Positions 41,610 through 58,266 of a stretch of 64,000 nt of DNA are shown in pieces. Origin of the DNA: Eledone cirrhosa (Eukaryota). Below the pieces are notes generated by a model. That model saw nothing but the letters and a program-made list of their open reading frames with translations. It searched no databases and was not told the origin of the DNA. The stretch covers positions 36,952,001-37,016,000 of the forward strand of contig OZ024746.1 of the NCBI GenBank assembly GCA_964016885.1, in the 5' to 3' direction. How positions within the stretch are numbered: position 1 is the stretch's first letter; every line of letters begins with the position of its first letter. Position numbers and translations under genes: made by a program.

Positions 41610-43024
41610 TATATATATATAGTTTCTTTATTTTCGTTAGTAAATTGCTATACTGTCAATATATATGATATTCTATTTAAGGATCAAGGGACATTGATAG
41701 AAAGCCAAATTTAAGTATCTAGAAGATTGATCGGTGCCGAGATGTCTAATCAGATGGGAAATATATTTGAAGCAGAGAAAATTTACAACTCGTAGAAACG
41801 TCTAATTATTAGGAAGTAAAAGTCTAATCTGTAGGGAAACGAAAGTTCTAGAAACACATATTTCTCGACATTCATCATAACTTCTTACACTCTAGTAAAT
41901 CGTTACTAAATATATCAAGTCAATAAAGCAATGAATCCATTTCGATTTCAATCATTTAATGTAAAACCCATTTGGCGTAGATATAATTTAGCGTATAATT
42001 TATGGTAGTGCTCAGTTGTCATTTTTATTCCTACCTATTAGCAAATTACCAACACGTATTTAGACAAATGTGATACAAAATTATCATTTTTGTAGATGTT
42101 ATAGATTTTCCAGTAAATCATTTTCTTATTTGAAAATTGTTGATCTCAGCGTAAAGTGTCTTGCTTTTTGAAAGCTGGAAAAGATATTTGGGAATAATTC
42201 AGATTGCACAAATTTTCTAGAAGTTTTTTCTTCGAACAACGATTAACTAGAAACGTCTGCATCAATTGAGGTCTCTTAATTAACACTTTGAATATATCGA
42301 TAAACGTGATATAATGATCGTACGCTTCAACGCTGACAATGCTGTAGTTTGACATATGTTAAGATGTATAAGTTAACATAAAGTTTCATAGCAACTAACA
42401 GTGGTAGAACCAAAAGAAATGTTTAGCTACCAATAATAAGTATTTCGTTTGACAAGTCAAACATAGTGAAGCATTAAAATTCTACAGTGTGTGGATGAGT
42501 AGAATAATGTCTCAAAAGAATACACGCACACGCACAAACAAACACAGTCATATATGTCTATGCACACGCACTCAAACACACACACACACACACACATATG
42601 TATATATATATATATATATTTCGTTTCTGAATTTGTTTAGCAAGATTCTTTATCTGAAATCGTGTGTTGAAACCGATATTGTTATACTTTGGGAGGGTCA
42701 TGTTAAGATTTATAAGTTAACATAAAGTTTCATAGCAACTAACAGTGGTAGAACCAAAAGAAATGTTTAGCTACAATAATAAGTATTTCGTTTGACAAGT
42801 CAAACATAGTGAAGCATTAAAATTCTACAGTGTGTGGATGAGTAGAATAAGGTCTCACTGAAGAGGTCACAGAGTGTGTGACGATAGAACTATGACTATA
42901 TATAATTAAACAACTATCTGGTTGTGGAACAACCAACCAACCAGAAATTTATAAATTTGTAAATTTATAAATATATAATAAACTGAAGTTAAAGCAACTG
43001 GTGCGTGTGTTTCTTATTGGCAAC

Positions 43025-46000
43025 ATGACCCGCCCAAGGTATAACAATATCGGTTTCAACACACGATTTCAGATAAAGAATCTTGCTAAACAAATTCAGA
43101 AACGAAATATCGTAAGCCTTAGCCAGGCTAACAAGATACTGAAAACCACCATGTTCTGTTGTCTACGAAAAACCATAACATCTCGACAACAACACTTCAT
43201 AAAACAGTGTGCCTCGTCCCAAGTTTACACCAACACCATCAACACCGACGTTAGAAGATTACAACTCACCAAAAAACAAGCAGATAGGCTAAAACGAACA
43301 TTAATTCTAAACATAAAAAAGAAGATCTATAGAGAATTAAGTCATCAAGAAAAATATAAGCGTAAACTAATACAAGAAATAGCTAGGATCACCACACCAA
43401 GAGAGAAACTAATATTTATAAGCCTTATACGCCCTGAAGAACAGTACATTACTCAAGAATGTGATAAGCACTTTAACAAGAAACTAAAGTGGCTTAAGCA
43501 GATAAAGCTAAATCAGGATACTATAGAGAATACCAATAGATATCCCGACAAAATTGACGGTATAAATATGGCCGACACCTCATTCACAGAAGAGTTAAAC
43601 AATAACAACACGAATATATATGGTAACGCAAGAATAGATAATGACGAGATGTCTGTGTTATGTTTGCCCCCGAAATTTGCGACATTCAAGAGGGTAAATA
43701 TGATTAGTTGTCTGTCAGAAATAGAAAAATCATTTATAAAACTACGCTGGAGCATCAAAAACAAAAACAAAAACAAAAACAACAATATACGCACACACAT
43801 ATACAACACACATCCCAACAACAACAGACACACAGAAACAAACAACAATAACAACAATACACACATCAACAACAACAACAATAACAACATACCCAGAAAC
43901 AACAACAACAGACACGCAGACACAAACAACAATAACAACACACGCAACAACAATAACACACACGGAGACAACAACAACACACATCAACAACAGCACACAT
44001 CAACAACAACAACACACACGCATTCAATGCCTCTCACCACCACCACAATCTTAACAAACACACAGACACAGAAAACAAGTAATGACAGTAGCACAGAAAT
44101 CACAGAAATAAGGGAAAGTAATAGGATTAAAAGGAGAAGGGAGACTAAGGACAAAGAGAATAACCAAGACGAACACACAGACACACAAAATAGGGTAGAT
44201 AACAACAATGAGACAGTCGAAAGAGACAGGAGTAATTATGAGAGACACAGAAACAACCATGAGGCTGTTGGTGGAAATAGAAATAGAAACAACACAACTA
44301 ACAATAACAATAGCACTAGTACACATAAAGCAGCAGCCTGGTACTCTCCGTTTTATAATCCCTCCGATAAATCATTCGACCTGCGACGAGTCCACGCCAC
44401 GACTTTACCATTTAACAAACGCACGCAATTGCCGTCGCAGGTCGATGAACAAACAGAAGCACAATTTAGTATAGCTAGATCCGAACTTAGAAATATTATA
44501 GAACAGTATAGCAAGAAGCATAATAGAATGGAGGCCCAGCAACTGGGAGAAACATCTGCAAATGGCTTGCGTAAGCTCATGCAGCGCTCACGTAATGGAG
44601 AGATAGCATGCTTTCCAACAGACAAGTCTGGCAGAATGTCGGTTGACAGCCTGCCAAACTACATCCAGGCAATGCAACCCCACATCACTAACACAAGACA
44701 CGTAATACCACAGGAGCATGAGGATAGAGAAAAAGCCCTCAATGCCCATATGGTGATGTGGACGAATATAATGCAGCCCAACAAAAGGACTGCCAACAAC
44801 TTCCAGGCCTGGAACAATGACGTGCCGGCGTTGTATGGGCTTCGAAAAGACCATAAAACGGGCTGTGACCCTGTCGCGGGACCACCAACACGGCCAGTCT
44901 GTGGAGCTAACATTGCTAGTAACTACAGACTGTCCTACTTCCTCTCCCTGATAATACGCCCCATCATTGAAATGTCCACAGATGTATGTGACAGCACGGA
45001 GGACCTCCTCAGCAGAATCGGCGTGAGTAACCGGTCTGGGGACCTAACAAACTACATAATAGGTAGTATGAATGGTGTGTCCCTGTATCCATCTATTGAC
45101 GTGGATTTTGCTGTGGAGAAATACGTAGAAATGATCAGTGAGAGCAATGTTGAGTTCCGTGGGATTGATTCCAGTGAGCTGGGACTCCTACTTAAGCTTA
45201 CCTATAGTAATAGTTACATAGACACATATGACCTTAGCAACCTGTGCCCTACAAGACCAGCAAGAGGCAGACCACCTACCATTACCTCAATTGCCAAGAA
45301 AACCCTCACAGATAGATGGAACGGGTGGACCAGAGCCATACGGACACCCGAAAACCACGATGAACTGAAGAAAATGATTGCACATGCGGTAGGGGCCAGC
45401 ATAAAACTAACCCTTAAGGAAAATATGTTCCAATTTAATGGAAAACATATGCCCGATAGGAAGGAGCAGCCATTGGTGTTAGCATTGCAGGCGACATAGC
45501 TAACTTATTCATGGTATGGTGGGACAGTAGACTTAAGCTTAAACTTAAAGAACAATTAGAAGACCCCTTAAACCTGATAATGTACTCCCGCTACGTAGAT
45601 GATATAAACATCGTAGTTAAGACACCCCCACTAGAGAACAGTCAGAAACTAGAGAAAAAACACAATGGAAAGCATCCAGCAAATAGCAAACTCCATCCAC
45701 CAGAGCATTAGAGTTACTATAGACTACCCAAGTAAACACCCCAACCATCGATTACCTGTACTAGACACAGAGCTCTGGTTAGATACCATTAACAACAAAA
45801 AACAAATCCTCCATTCCCATTATGCCAAACCCATGACTTCCAAACATCTGTTCCACCGAATCTCGGCCATTTCGGACCATACCAAAATCAACATACTGAT
45901 TGCGGATTTGGTACGGGTGATGAGAAACGTGTCCCACATGTGCAACCCCTTAGAACTAGAGAGACACAGACAACACTTCATCCACCGTATGCAGTTCTCT

Positions 46001-46722
46001 GGCTACAATCAGAGAGATAGAATCAGAGTGTATAGAGGAGCCAGAACCAAATGGGAAAAATGGTAAGTAATGACATACATTGGACCTGCCCCTTGTATAG
46101 GAGCACATTTTGGAATATAATAGTAAAAACTAGGAACAAGGCTAATAGAATAAACTCATGGTATGATAGCAATAAATACCAGAGTGTAATGTTCATCGAT
46201 ACAACCCCTAAAGGCGAACTAGCTTACAAATTTAGGAGGGCCCTAAATAAACATAAACTCAATATTAAGATAGTAGAAAGACCAGGTACCTCCGTAAAAA
46301 CACTTATTAGCAAGACATACCCATTTCAAAGACCCTCATGTATAGATAAGAAATGTATAACCTGTAAAATAAGCCCCCATATTAACTGTAAAACTAGAAA
46401 TGTAGTGTATAGCATAAGATGTACTGAAGGACAATGTAGAGACAAAAATATAGTGTACATAGGCGAGACAGCTCGTAGTGTAGGGGAACGGATAAATGAA
46501 CACTGGTGAGACCTTCAAGATAATAAAGAATCATCTGTACTCTACCAACATGCTAAGATAGAACACAAGGATAAATTAGAGAACATAGAAATAAAAATAG
46601 AATCTACACACAGAAAAAACGCAATGTTTAGACAAATCACAGAGGCAATAAACATAAAAGAATTACAACCAAAATTAAATAGAAAATATGAGTGGAACAG
46701 CAACATCACAACTTACAATTAA
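43025..46722 (+). pseudogene. PLE family A RT plus GIY-YIG ORF, inactivated
   Basis: PTDKSG, LYGLRKDHK, RPV, motif A GSMNGVSLYPSID (Asp replaced by Asn), motif B' *EGAAIG after a frameshift at ~45445, RYVDD at 45590-45603, CxxC..NVVY..C..C..YIGETARS..RINEH. Further frameshifts at ~45660 and ~46050 and a stop at 46507. Confidence 0.85.
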
Positions 46723-46808
46723 GGACAAAATGAAAACACACACACACACACATAGAACAAACAACCAACCACTAACCTGTAAATAAACACATAAACACAC
46801 ACAGACAC

Positions 46809-46866
46809 CCGGATGTGGCGCATGCGCAGACTGAGCACACAACACACACACAGAAACAAAATGGCG
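46809..46866 (+). promoter_or_regulatory. Cluster of ETS-like, NRF1-like and YY1-like motifs in the PLE-A 3'UTR
   Basis: CCGGATGT (46809), GCGCATGCGCA (46818), CAAAATGGCG (46857); identical in the copy at 57709-57766. Promoter function is inferred. Confidence 0.5.
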
Positions 46867-46912
46867 TAGGACAGAACAAAGGAGAGGCACAGAAACAAAC
46901 AAAGAAATCCCC

Positions 46913-46957
46913 AGTCACTGAAGAGGTCACAAAGTGTGTGACGAAAGAACTATGACT
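46913..46957 (+). ncRNA. Minimal type I hammerhead in the PLE-A 3' pLTR
   Basis: agtca-CTGAAGA(G)-gtcac..gtgac-GAAAG-aa-CTA-tgact. The homologs at ~42858 and ~57813 have mutated GAAA. Confidence 0.75.
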
Positions 46958-47098
46958 ATATATAAACAACTATCTGGTTGTGGAACCAACCAACCAAGCA
47001 GAAATTTATAAATTTGTAAATTTACAAATATATAATAAACTGAAGTGAAACTTCTGGTGCGTGTGTTTCTTATTGGCAACATGACCCTCCCAAAGTAT

Positions 47099-47178
<80 letters not shown>

Positions 47179-47726
47179 CAGGAAAGAAGGTTTACATGTT
47201 TTGCTATACAAAAAAGTTTTTAATCACTTAGCTTACATTTGTTTCAATGAATTGGTATGTCTAGAGATCGCCATCCGCTTAATGTTGCGTTACTCGATTG
47301 CCAATACAGAATTATAACCAGTCAGATTTTCGGAGCATGCGAGAATGAAGAAAATACACAGGCAAGAAAAGAAAAGAAAATACGGCTACTATATGGAGTA
47401 GTTATGGCATTCAATTAGAACAATAACAACAATTACAACAATGCTATCAATAAACTATTTAAGGAGACCCTGACATTACTTAGGTGGGGGGTATATAATG
47501 TATCTAATGTTACGGCGTGAAAACCAGCTGTCATAAGGCAAAAAGTATCGTAGTGTGTATTAATTTTAAATTATAAAGATAAGCTAGCTTTTACAGTCTT
47601 TCTCTTCATCTTCAACAGTATACATGAGTGGGACCACTGTCATAGCTCAATAGTTGTAGAGTTAATACAGAGGTTAACGAATTAATATACGCATATATCT
47701 ACGCACACACACACACACACACACAT

Positions 47727-47779
<53 letters not shown>

Positions 47780-48225
47780 TACACATGCATGTGTACATAG
47801 ACACATACATACACATCAATATACACTCGTACAAAAATATACATACATGCAAAGAGAAAAGCGTGCTAATTGTAATTATGGCAAAAAGAAGGTAAAGTAA
47901 CATTGTAGTAGTGAAATGAGAAAAACTAGGATCTAGGATCAAATGATTGCAGCAGCTGAGAAGGAGTAAGATTGTTGGTAGATGAGGTACTTACAGAATT
48001 TAAAACTTTTTTGTATAGCAAACCATGTAAACCTTCTTTCCTGATTTATTATTACTCCAAGTGTTTACAACATAGGAATTACAGCATACCCGCATACCCG
48101 CAGCATCACTATGAAAACGCCTTGTTGAGTCAAACCAAGCCAAGCGTTAATATCATCCACTACCTGGAATACCGTAACTGGACTTCACCTAAGTGGACTG
48201 CATTTAACTATTATTTGTTACCCCG

Positions 48226-51368
<3,143 letters not shown>

Positions 51369-51732
51369 TATATATATATGTATATGTATATATACATTGT
51401 TTTCTAACATGTGCTTACATCGTATTTTACTAAATAGAATTAGTCTGTTAGTTGAGATTTTTAACAAACAACTGAGTGGAAAAAAGGATGACCATTGACG
51501 GACATGGGACACGAACCCACTATGTTACCATTATAATAAAACACCACCCTGCTTCATCCCATTCAATTAGAAGATATATAACCAATTGGAGAGGTTTAGC
51601 GTTTTTTTATCCCAAATAACAGACTGATTCTATTTAGTCAAATACGTCGTAATCACATAATACTACCGAATTTTCAAGTTCTCTAGCCGTTACAGAAGAA
51701 AGCCTGCTTTGTGTCTGCTTATACATATATAT

Positions 51733-51834
<102 letters not shown>

Positions 51835-51910
51835 ATATATATAAACACATATGTATATGCATACGTAAAGACACACGTACATATACACATGCGTATACAT
51901 ATGTACACAT

Positions 51911-51979
<69 letters not shown>

Positions 51980-52029
51980 AACACACATAAATGTATGTAT
52001 TCATAAAGGCATCTGGGTAGTGAGTGCAA

Positions 52030-52810
52030 GAGATAATTTGTAAAAAGAGGAAGTTCAGGGTTGTTGATTATTCGTAGGTATATTATACCAGCTGGAAAGA
52101 TGTTATTCCATGTGTGGACAACTTCTGAAGATCTCAGTTTTAGAATTGAGTCAAGTAACAGGAGTTTTCAGATTTTGCAGTAATCTGTACTTTTCGGTTA
52201 TACTTAAAGAACATTTCCTTTTGCCTTTCTGTTATTATTTTGAGTAGTCTAAAATGGGCCAATCAATAGAGTATGGAATCTTGCGTTCTTTTAATTTCCA
52301 CACTCTATTGGCCAGCGCCGTAGATGTTCTTTTGTCTGGGTGTTTGAATGAAGCGACATGTGCATAGTATCTGATTTTAAATGTATCTTGCGTCATTCAT
52401 ACATATAGCTCACTCCTGGATGGTTGGTTCTTCACAATGGGTGTCACTTTGGCCTCATATACGATTGTTTTTGTATTGAATTTGCCCTGTAAGGGTCATT
52501 CTTCAGGTATCATGCAACTTCATCCAGGATTTCCTTTAGTGATATTTATGTTGGTAATTTTAGATTTCATGGATCGGAAGCAAGAATAGCTAATTTTAAC
52601 TAAATTTCTATTAAATGTCATATTATATATATGTTGTTGGGGGAAATATTATATCTAGAAGTTCGAGTAATTTTCTTGCTACATTAGTTTTGACTGTTAA
52701 AGAGAAAGGTGGATTTAACCGTATAACTTTTCTTTTCCTGTTTCTGTGTTTAGTGGTAGAATGAGGAGTTGGTATATATTGGATTTGTTCGTTGAAACCG
52801 CTATTTTTAT
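52030..52810 (-). pseudogene. Decayed Hydra-clade-like PLE fragment (linker plus GIY-YIG), family F
   Basis: Manual translation: [69 protein letters not shown]. Confidence 0.78.
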
Positions 52811-52855
52811 TGTGTGCGTATATATATATATGTATACATATATAATATATATATA

Positions 52856-52934
<79 letters not shown>

Positions 52935-52943
52935 GGGTGTGTA

Positions 52944-53004
<61 letters not shown>

Positions 53005-53009
<5 letters not shown>

Positions 53010-53347
53010 ATATTAACAATTGGAAACTATATTTATAAAACCATATTTATTTTATTATACATATTTCAAGGTCCACCAAGGCAAATTATGGTGCGCTTTC
53101 ATCAGATAAAATACAATACAGGTTTGTTTTAAAATAAATATTGACATACCCTGAAAAAAGACAACCTTAACGGTTGGAGCTTCCTGGATAGTGAAGGGTA
53201 TGTCAATATTTATTTATAAAACAAATCTGTATTGTATTTTATCTGATGAAAGCGCACCATTATTGGCCTTGGTGGCTCTTGAAATATGTATAATAAAATA
53301 AATATGGTTTTATAAATATAGTTTCCATTTGTTAATATATTGTATAT
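53005..53347. mobile_element. ~340-bp imperfect palindrome made of two head-to-head pLTR-like arms, each with a hammerhead
   Basis: 53005-53152 is the reverse complement of 53195-53347. HHR (+) 53235-53300: tattttat-CTGATGA-aagcgcacca..tggtggctctt-GAAAT-atgt-ATA-ataaaata. Confidence 0.78.
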
Positions 53348-53429
53348 TTACTCCAACTCTGATGAGTGCTTTATATCAGTTATAAAAAGGTTTAAGCTCT
53401 TTGAATCCCAACAAATTAAATATAACCTC

Positions 53430-53494
<65 letters not shown>

Positions 53495-53884
53495 TTGTAG
53501 ATATATGTATGTGTATATGTACGTATGTTTGTGTGAGTATAAGTATATGCGTGGGTAGATGCTTATATATGTATGTGTATATTTATATATATACATATAT
53601 ATTTATTTTTTTCCCCATTACATTACGTCCGTTATTTGATTTTATATCATCCTCGTTTCAATTATTCTAGGCTTTGTTTGGAAATCCATATCTCACACCT
53701 GCTTTAAATAAAATTTCATTCTGACGAACGATTTCAGATGTCTGTGTCAACCTCGTCTGTCTTCCTGAAACCTTTGATAAGTGGAATAATTGACTGATGT
53801 TGTGTATTACATAACTAAATCGCTCTGTAGCCTGCATAAAACACTCCTCTTTCTGTTATATAGCTTTTATTTGAATGAAAGGCA

Positions 53885-54075
53885 ACATGGGTAGCGTGAT
53901 CGTCTAATAGTAACACATTGGTTCGACAAGCCAAAGATGTGAGTTCTTGTCCCATGAATGTCAATGCTCATTCTTCTTTCCATTCAGAGGATTTTTTTAA
54001 AACTCCAAACTAACAGACTAATTTTATTTAGTAAAATACTACCTAATTTACAAATTCGCTAACCGTTTCTAAACA
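53885..54075 (+). mobile_element. Old tRNA-like SINE of a second family; inverted homolog at ~51400-51530
   Basis: Shared GTCCCATG..TCAATG..TAACAGACTAATT..AGTAAAATAC block in both places; tRNA-like start GGTAGCGTG. Confidence 0.45.
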
Positions 54076-55115
54076 AATTACATGGTAGCAAATGCGACAG
54101 ACGACACAGTAGTATATTAGTAACGGAAATCCCTACGCACCATCAAAATACCGTCAACCAATTGAACACTGGTTCAGAAATTTATGTGAATATGTATATA
54201 AGATCATTTTTATATGCAACAGAATCTCAGGATCCATAGAAGACAAACCATAGACTTTTGCGTACATCTAGTAATGCTTCACCTTTTAATTTAACATTTA
54301 TTTGAGCAAATTATAAATTATAAACAATTGAATGCTCAAAGTACTTGAAAATCTTAAAATTATGAACTTAAATAAACTAGCCTGTGGCTAATTAAAGACA
54401 AAAACTGAAACTTTCATTCAGTGCAAGAAATTTACAATAGTCAGAGCTAGTGCATAGAAAATATTCCAGTTCATAAAAGATATCTCTGTTAAAATAAACA
54501 ACCAACTCCATTTAATTCAGATCATTAATTATCTTGATTTATACAATGTTGATTGTTTTCATTGCTTTCTCAACATTAATCACTTAAGCATTAAATTAAG
54601 AAGCGCTCGTGTCAATCCGCCCACATCGTTACTGTGTGCTTAAATCTAGCTTGATGGCTATTTATTACAATACCTCCTATTCCTGGTAAATTTATGAGTT
54701 TACGCTATGGTCCTTAACATCCATTGTCAAATTATAATCAATCATAACTTTGTAAAATGTTTCTATGGACTGAATTTTTTGTGAAAACAATGGTCACACT
54801 AATGGACCGTTTTTGCACCACATTAATGAATTTCACTTAAATTGAAGCTTTTTTTTTACCTTTTCTTTTATCTTTGGTTATAGAGGTAATACAAATTCCT
54901 GCCATCATATTTCCCATTTACATTCTTCATGAAATATTCTATATGGAATATCCCTCTTAATCAGTAACAACACAGGGAACACTGAATGTTTGAATGCAGT
55001 ATTTTTGTCTTCATTTTGATATGTGTGATATACCACCTAAGTCTATAATTTAATGGTACTACATTGTTCTATACAATGTAACATAGAAATACGTTGAAAA
55101 TCTAGATATAGCAGG

Positions 55116-55850
55116 AACGGGGGCTGACAAATTCTTAGCCTGACGATGATGCAGGGGTGCTAGAACTGTGAAACTATGCATGCATTAATTTCAACTCAGT
55201 AATAACTTAATGGTCTCGAACCATTCAGATATCTGACTGTTTAAAGACAAATTCTTAGATGCTGAGATGGTTGACACATCAGAGGATTGCGCACAAACCT
55301 TATCAACTGTGGGTTGGTTTCCTCTCTTTGACCCTGAGACGAAGAGACAATCTATAAAGTGGAAACAACCCTTACCAGTTCCAACGTAGGTCAAGGTCGG
55401 TTCATCTGCAGGTATTTTTTTATATAAATGCATTGTACTTATTGTGAATATATTCAGGGGTGAAGTGCGTCTTGTTCCATCAAAACAATGTTCCAGCAAA
55501 CAAGGTTTAGGTTTCAATGGCTGCTATGCGTGACTTCGGCTTGAACTAGTTGATCACTCTCCCCATTTTCTTGATTTGGCCCCATCTGATTATCATCTGT
55601 TCCTTAACATGAACAAAGCCAAAACATTTGGCTGGGAACAAGAACCGCAGTGATAATGATGTGATATCTGCCGTTCATGACACTTTCTTTAACCAACAGA
55701 GTGAACATCTCTTCAACAGTGAGATTCAAGCACTACTAGATGGAAGAGGTGGTTGTATATCAACGGGTCTATGCTAAAAACTATAACTTATTTGGTCACA
55801 TTCCTTGATAATATCTCGATCAGTCTACGGAATTGATATATGACAGTCCT
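55116..55850 (+). mobile_element. Degenerate, internally deleted Tc1/mariner transposon
   Basis: ELVDHSPHFLDLAPSDYHLF at ~55543-55603 (mariner YSPDLAPxDY motif) and a WKQP..KVxxSAG remnant at ~55360-55412. Confidence 0.75.
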
Positions 55851-57236
55851 ATGTCATAGAGCTTTCTCCTCTCAATTATTCAATTGTGATAACTAGTCAC
55901 AGCGCTGAAAATACTTTTTTTTTCATTCAACTAACTCTTTGTACATCTCGAAACATCATTTCCCAGTTTATCTCCAAAATCCAAACAACATATTAAAATG
56001 GTTTACAAAAATCTATCAGATCTTGAATTCTAGAATGCCACGATAGTGATAAAAGAATGTTGGTTCGTTTTAAATAATGTGTGTAGATACCTATGGTAAT
56101 TATTTCCATTAACGAAATATATTTTGGGGTCAGATATATTGCTATAATTAGGATGCTGGAAAACCAAATTATATTTTCACCAATATGATAAGTATAACTA
56201 TGCAATGTCGAAATTCTATGTGTCACACATATCAGTCTTGCATCCATAGAACACCTCAACCAAGCACAATAGATAACATTGGGAAATATATAATTACATC
56301 AGAAAACGTCTAACCGCATCACAAATGACATTAATGTATTAAACATGGTGATGGAACATTCTAGGTTCATTGCTCTTTTGTTCAATCTTAATTCATGATA
56401 TTGTTCTTATAAAAGCCACCTTCAATGATATTTCCCTTGACTACTTCATTAAATCCCGCTCTATTATGTCCTGCAACTAGATTTGTTTGATAAACTATTT
56501 TTTGCCGTCCTTATTATAATCTCTCCCTTAGGGCGTGCAATTGTTATTATTTTTTTTAATATTGACTTTTCTTTTGATTTATTCTGCCATCATTTAAATG
56601 CTTCACTGCAAAACTTACTAGTAGACACTTACTGACACAACATTAGCAATTAATCACAACACCTCTATATAGTTTTAAAAAATCAAGATATGTGTTTAAT
56701 TCGCTTAATACATATTGCCGCAAACCCAAACATACTTCTTTTATCGTGACTGTGATGCTAAATCAATTGAAATATTTCAAATAGTCATTTTAATTAGTCT
56801 GAGATTTTACAGAGTTTTTTTTATCGATAATCACATACTTAAAACATCAAAACTATATTCACAGTCTCTTAACAATCAAAAGCATTCCGCGAAAATATAT
56901 ATCGTTAAACTGGTTTCTGTCTTATAGACTGGTAAAATTATTAATGTTCTTAATTTTCCCTGTCGATGTAGGGATGTGGATTGGAAAGAAATTTAATGTC
57001 GGAAAAATGTTGAGCTGATTTCGTTCAGCCGCTTCACCTTATTTCACTTCATATCTCTCGATGTCACACATTGCTTTATATGTTCCGGCTTCAATTAAAT
57101 AAATGCAGAAACAAATATGGTCACAGTCCGTATCAGACACCGTTGAAACAATTTAGTTTTCCCTTGCCGTACTATCATATAAAAACATTTATCCTGGTGA
57201 AGCACAATTATGTCTATATACACACACACACGCATA

Positions 57237-58006
57237 TTTATAAATTTATAAATTTATAAATCTATAAATTTCTGGTTGGTTGGTTGGTTCCACAAGCAGA
57301 TAGTTGTTTATATATAGTCACAGTTATTTCGTCACACACTGTGACCTCTTAGGTGAGACAGCTCGTAGTCTAGGGGAACGGATAAATGAACACTGGCAAG
57401 ACCTTCAAGATAATAAAGAATCATCTGTACTCTACCAACATGCTAAGATAGAACACAAGGGGAAATTAGAGAACATAGAAATAAAAATAGAATCTACACA
57501 CAGAAAAGACGCAATGTTTAGACAAATTACAGAGGCAATAAACATAAAATAATTACAACCAAAATTAAATAGAAAATATGAGTGGAACAGCAACATCACA
57601 ACTTACAATTAAGGACAAAATGAAAACACACACACACATAGAACAAACCACCAACCAGCAACATGTAAATAAACAAATAAATAAATGAACATAAACACAC
57701 ACAGACACCCGGATGTGGCGCATGCGCAGACTGATCACACAACACACACACAGAAACAAAATGGCGTAGGACAGAACAAAGGAGAGGCACAGAAACAAAG
57801 AAAGGAATACCCAGTCACTGAAGAGGTCACAGAGTGTGTGACGAAGGAACTATGACTATATATAAACAACTATCTGGTTGTGGAACCAACCAACCAACCA
57901 GAAATTTATAGATTTATAAATTTATAAATTTATAAATATATAATAAATTGAAATGAAATTTCTGGTGCTTATGTTTCTTATTGGCAACATGACCCTCCCA
58001 AAGTAT

Positions 58007-58013
<7 letters not shown>
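57237..58013 (+). mobile_element. 5'-truncated PLE family A copy with an inverted pLTR at the 5' end
   Basis: 57351-58013 matches 46461-47104; 57237-57350 is the reverse complement of the pLTR. Confidence 0.88.
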
Positions 58014-58067
<54 letters not shown>

Positions 58068-58071
<4 letters not shown>

Positions 58072-58185
58072 TTGAAATAGGATGAAACGAAATTTCATTT
58101 CTCACTCTTAGTACGGTACTTACTTAAATGTAAGTATGTATGTATACGTACATACATATATGTATACAGACGTACAGTAGTATGC

Positions 58186-58266
<81 letters not shown>

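Larger units (their letters stand above)
42615..47104 (+). mobile_element. Near full-length C-terminal-EN Penelope-like element (family A) with direct pLTRs (~42855-43050 and ~46915-47104) and an inverted 5' fragment (42615-42704)
   Basis: ~190-bp direct repeats containing a hammerhead, an RT/GIY-YIG ORF between them, and a 3' end running into (AT)n. Confidence 0.88.

Noticed and set aside
47955-48010. Hammerhead-like CTGAGAA..GTAAG/CTTAC; also CATGAGTCC..GGA near 23447 and CTGATGA at 53359
   Set aside because: GAAA, stem III or stem I cannot be completed; too degenerate to call.
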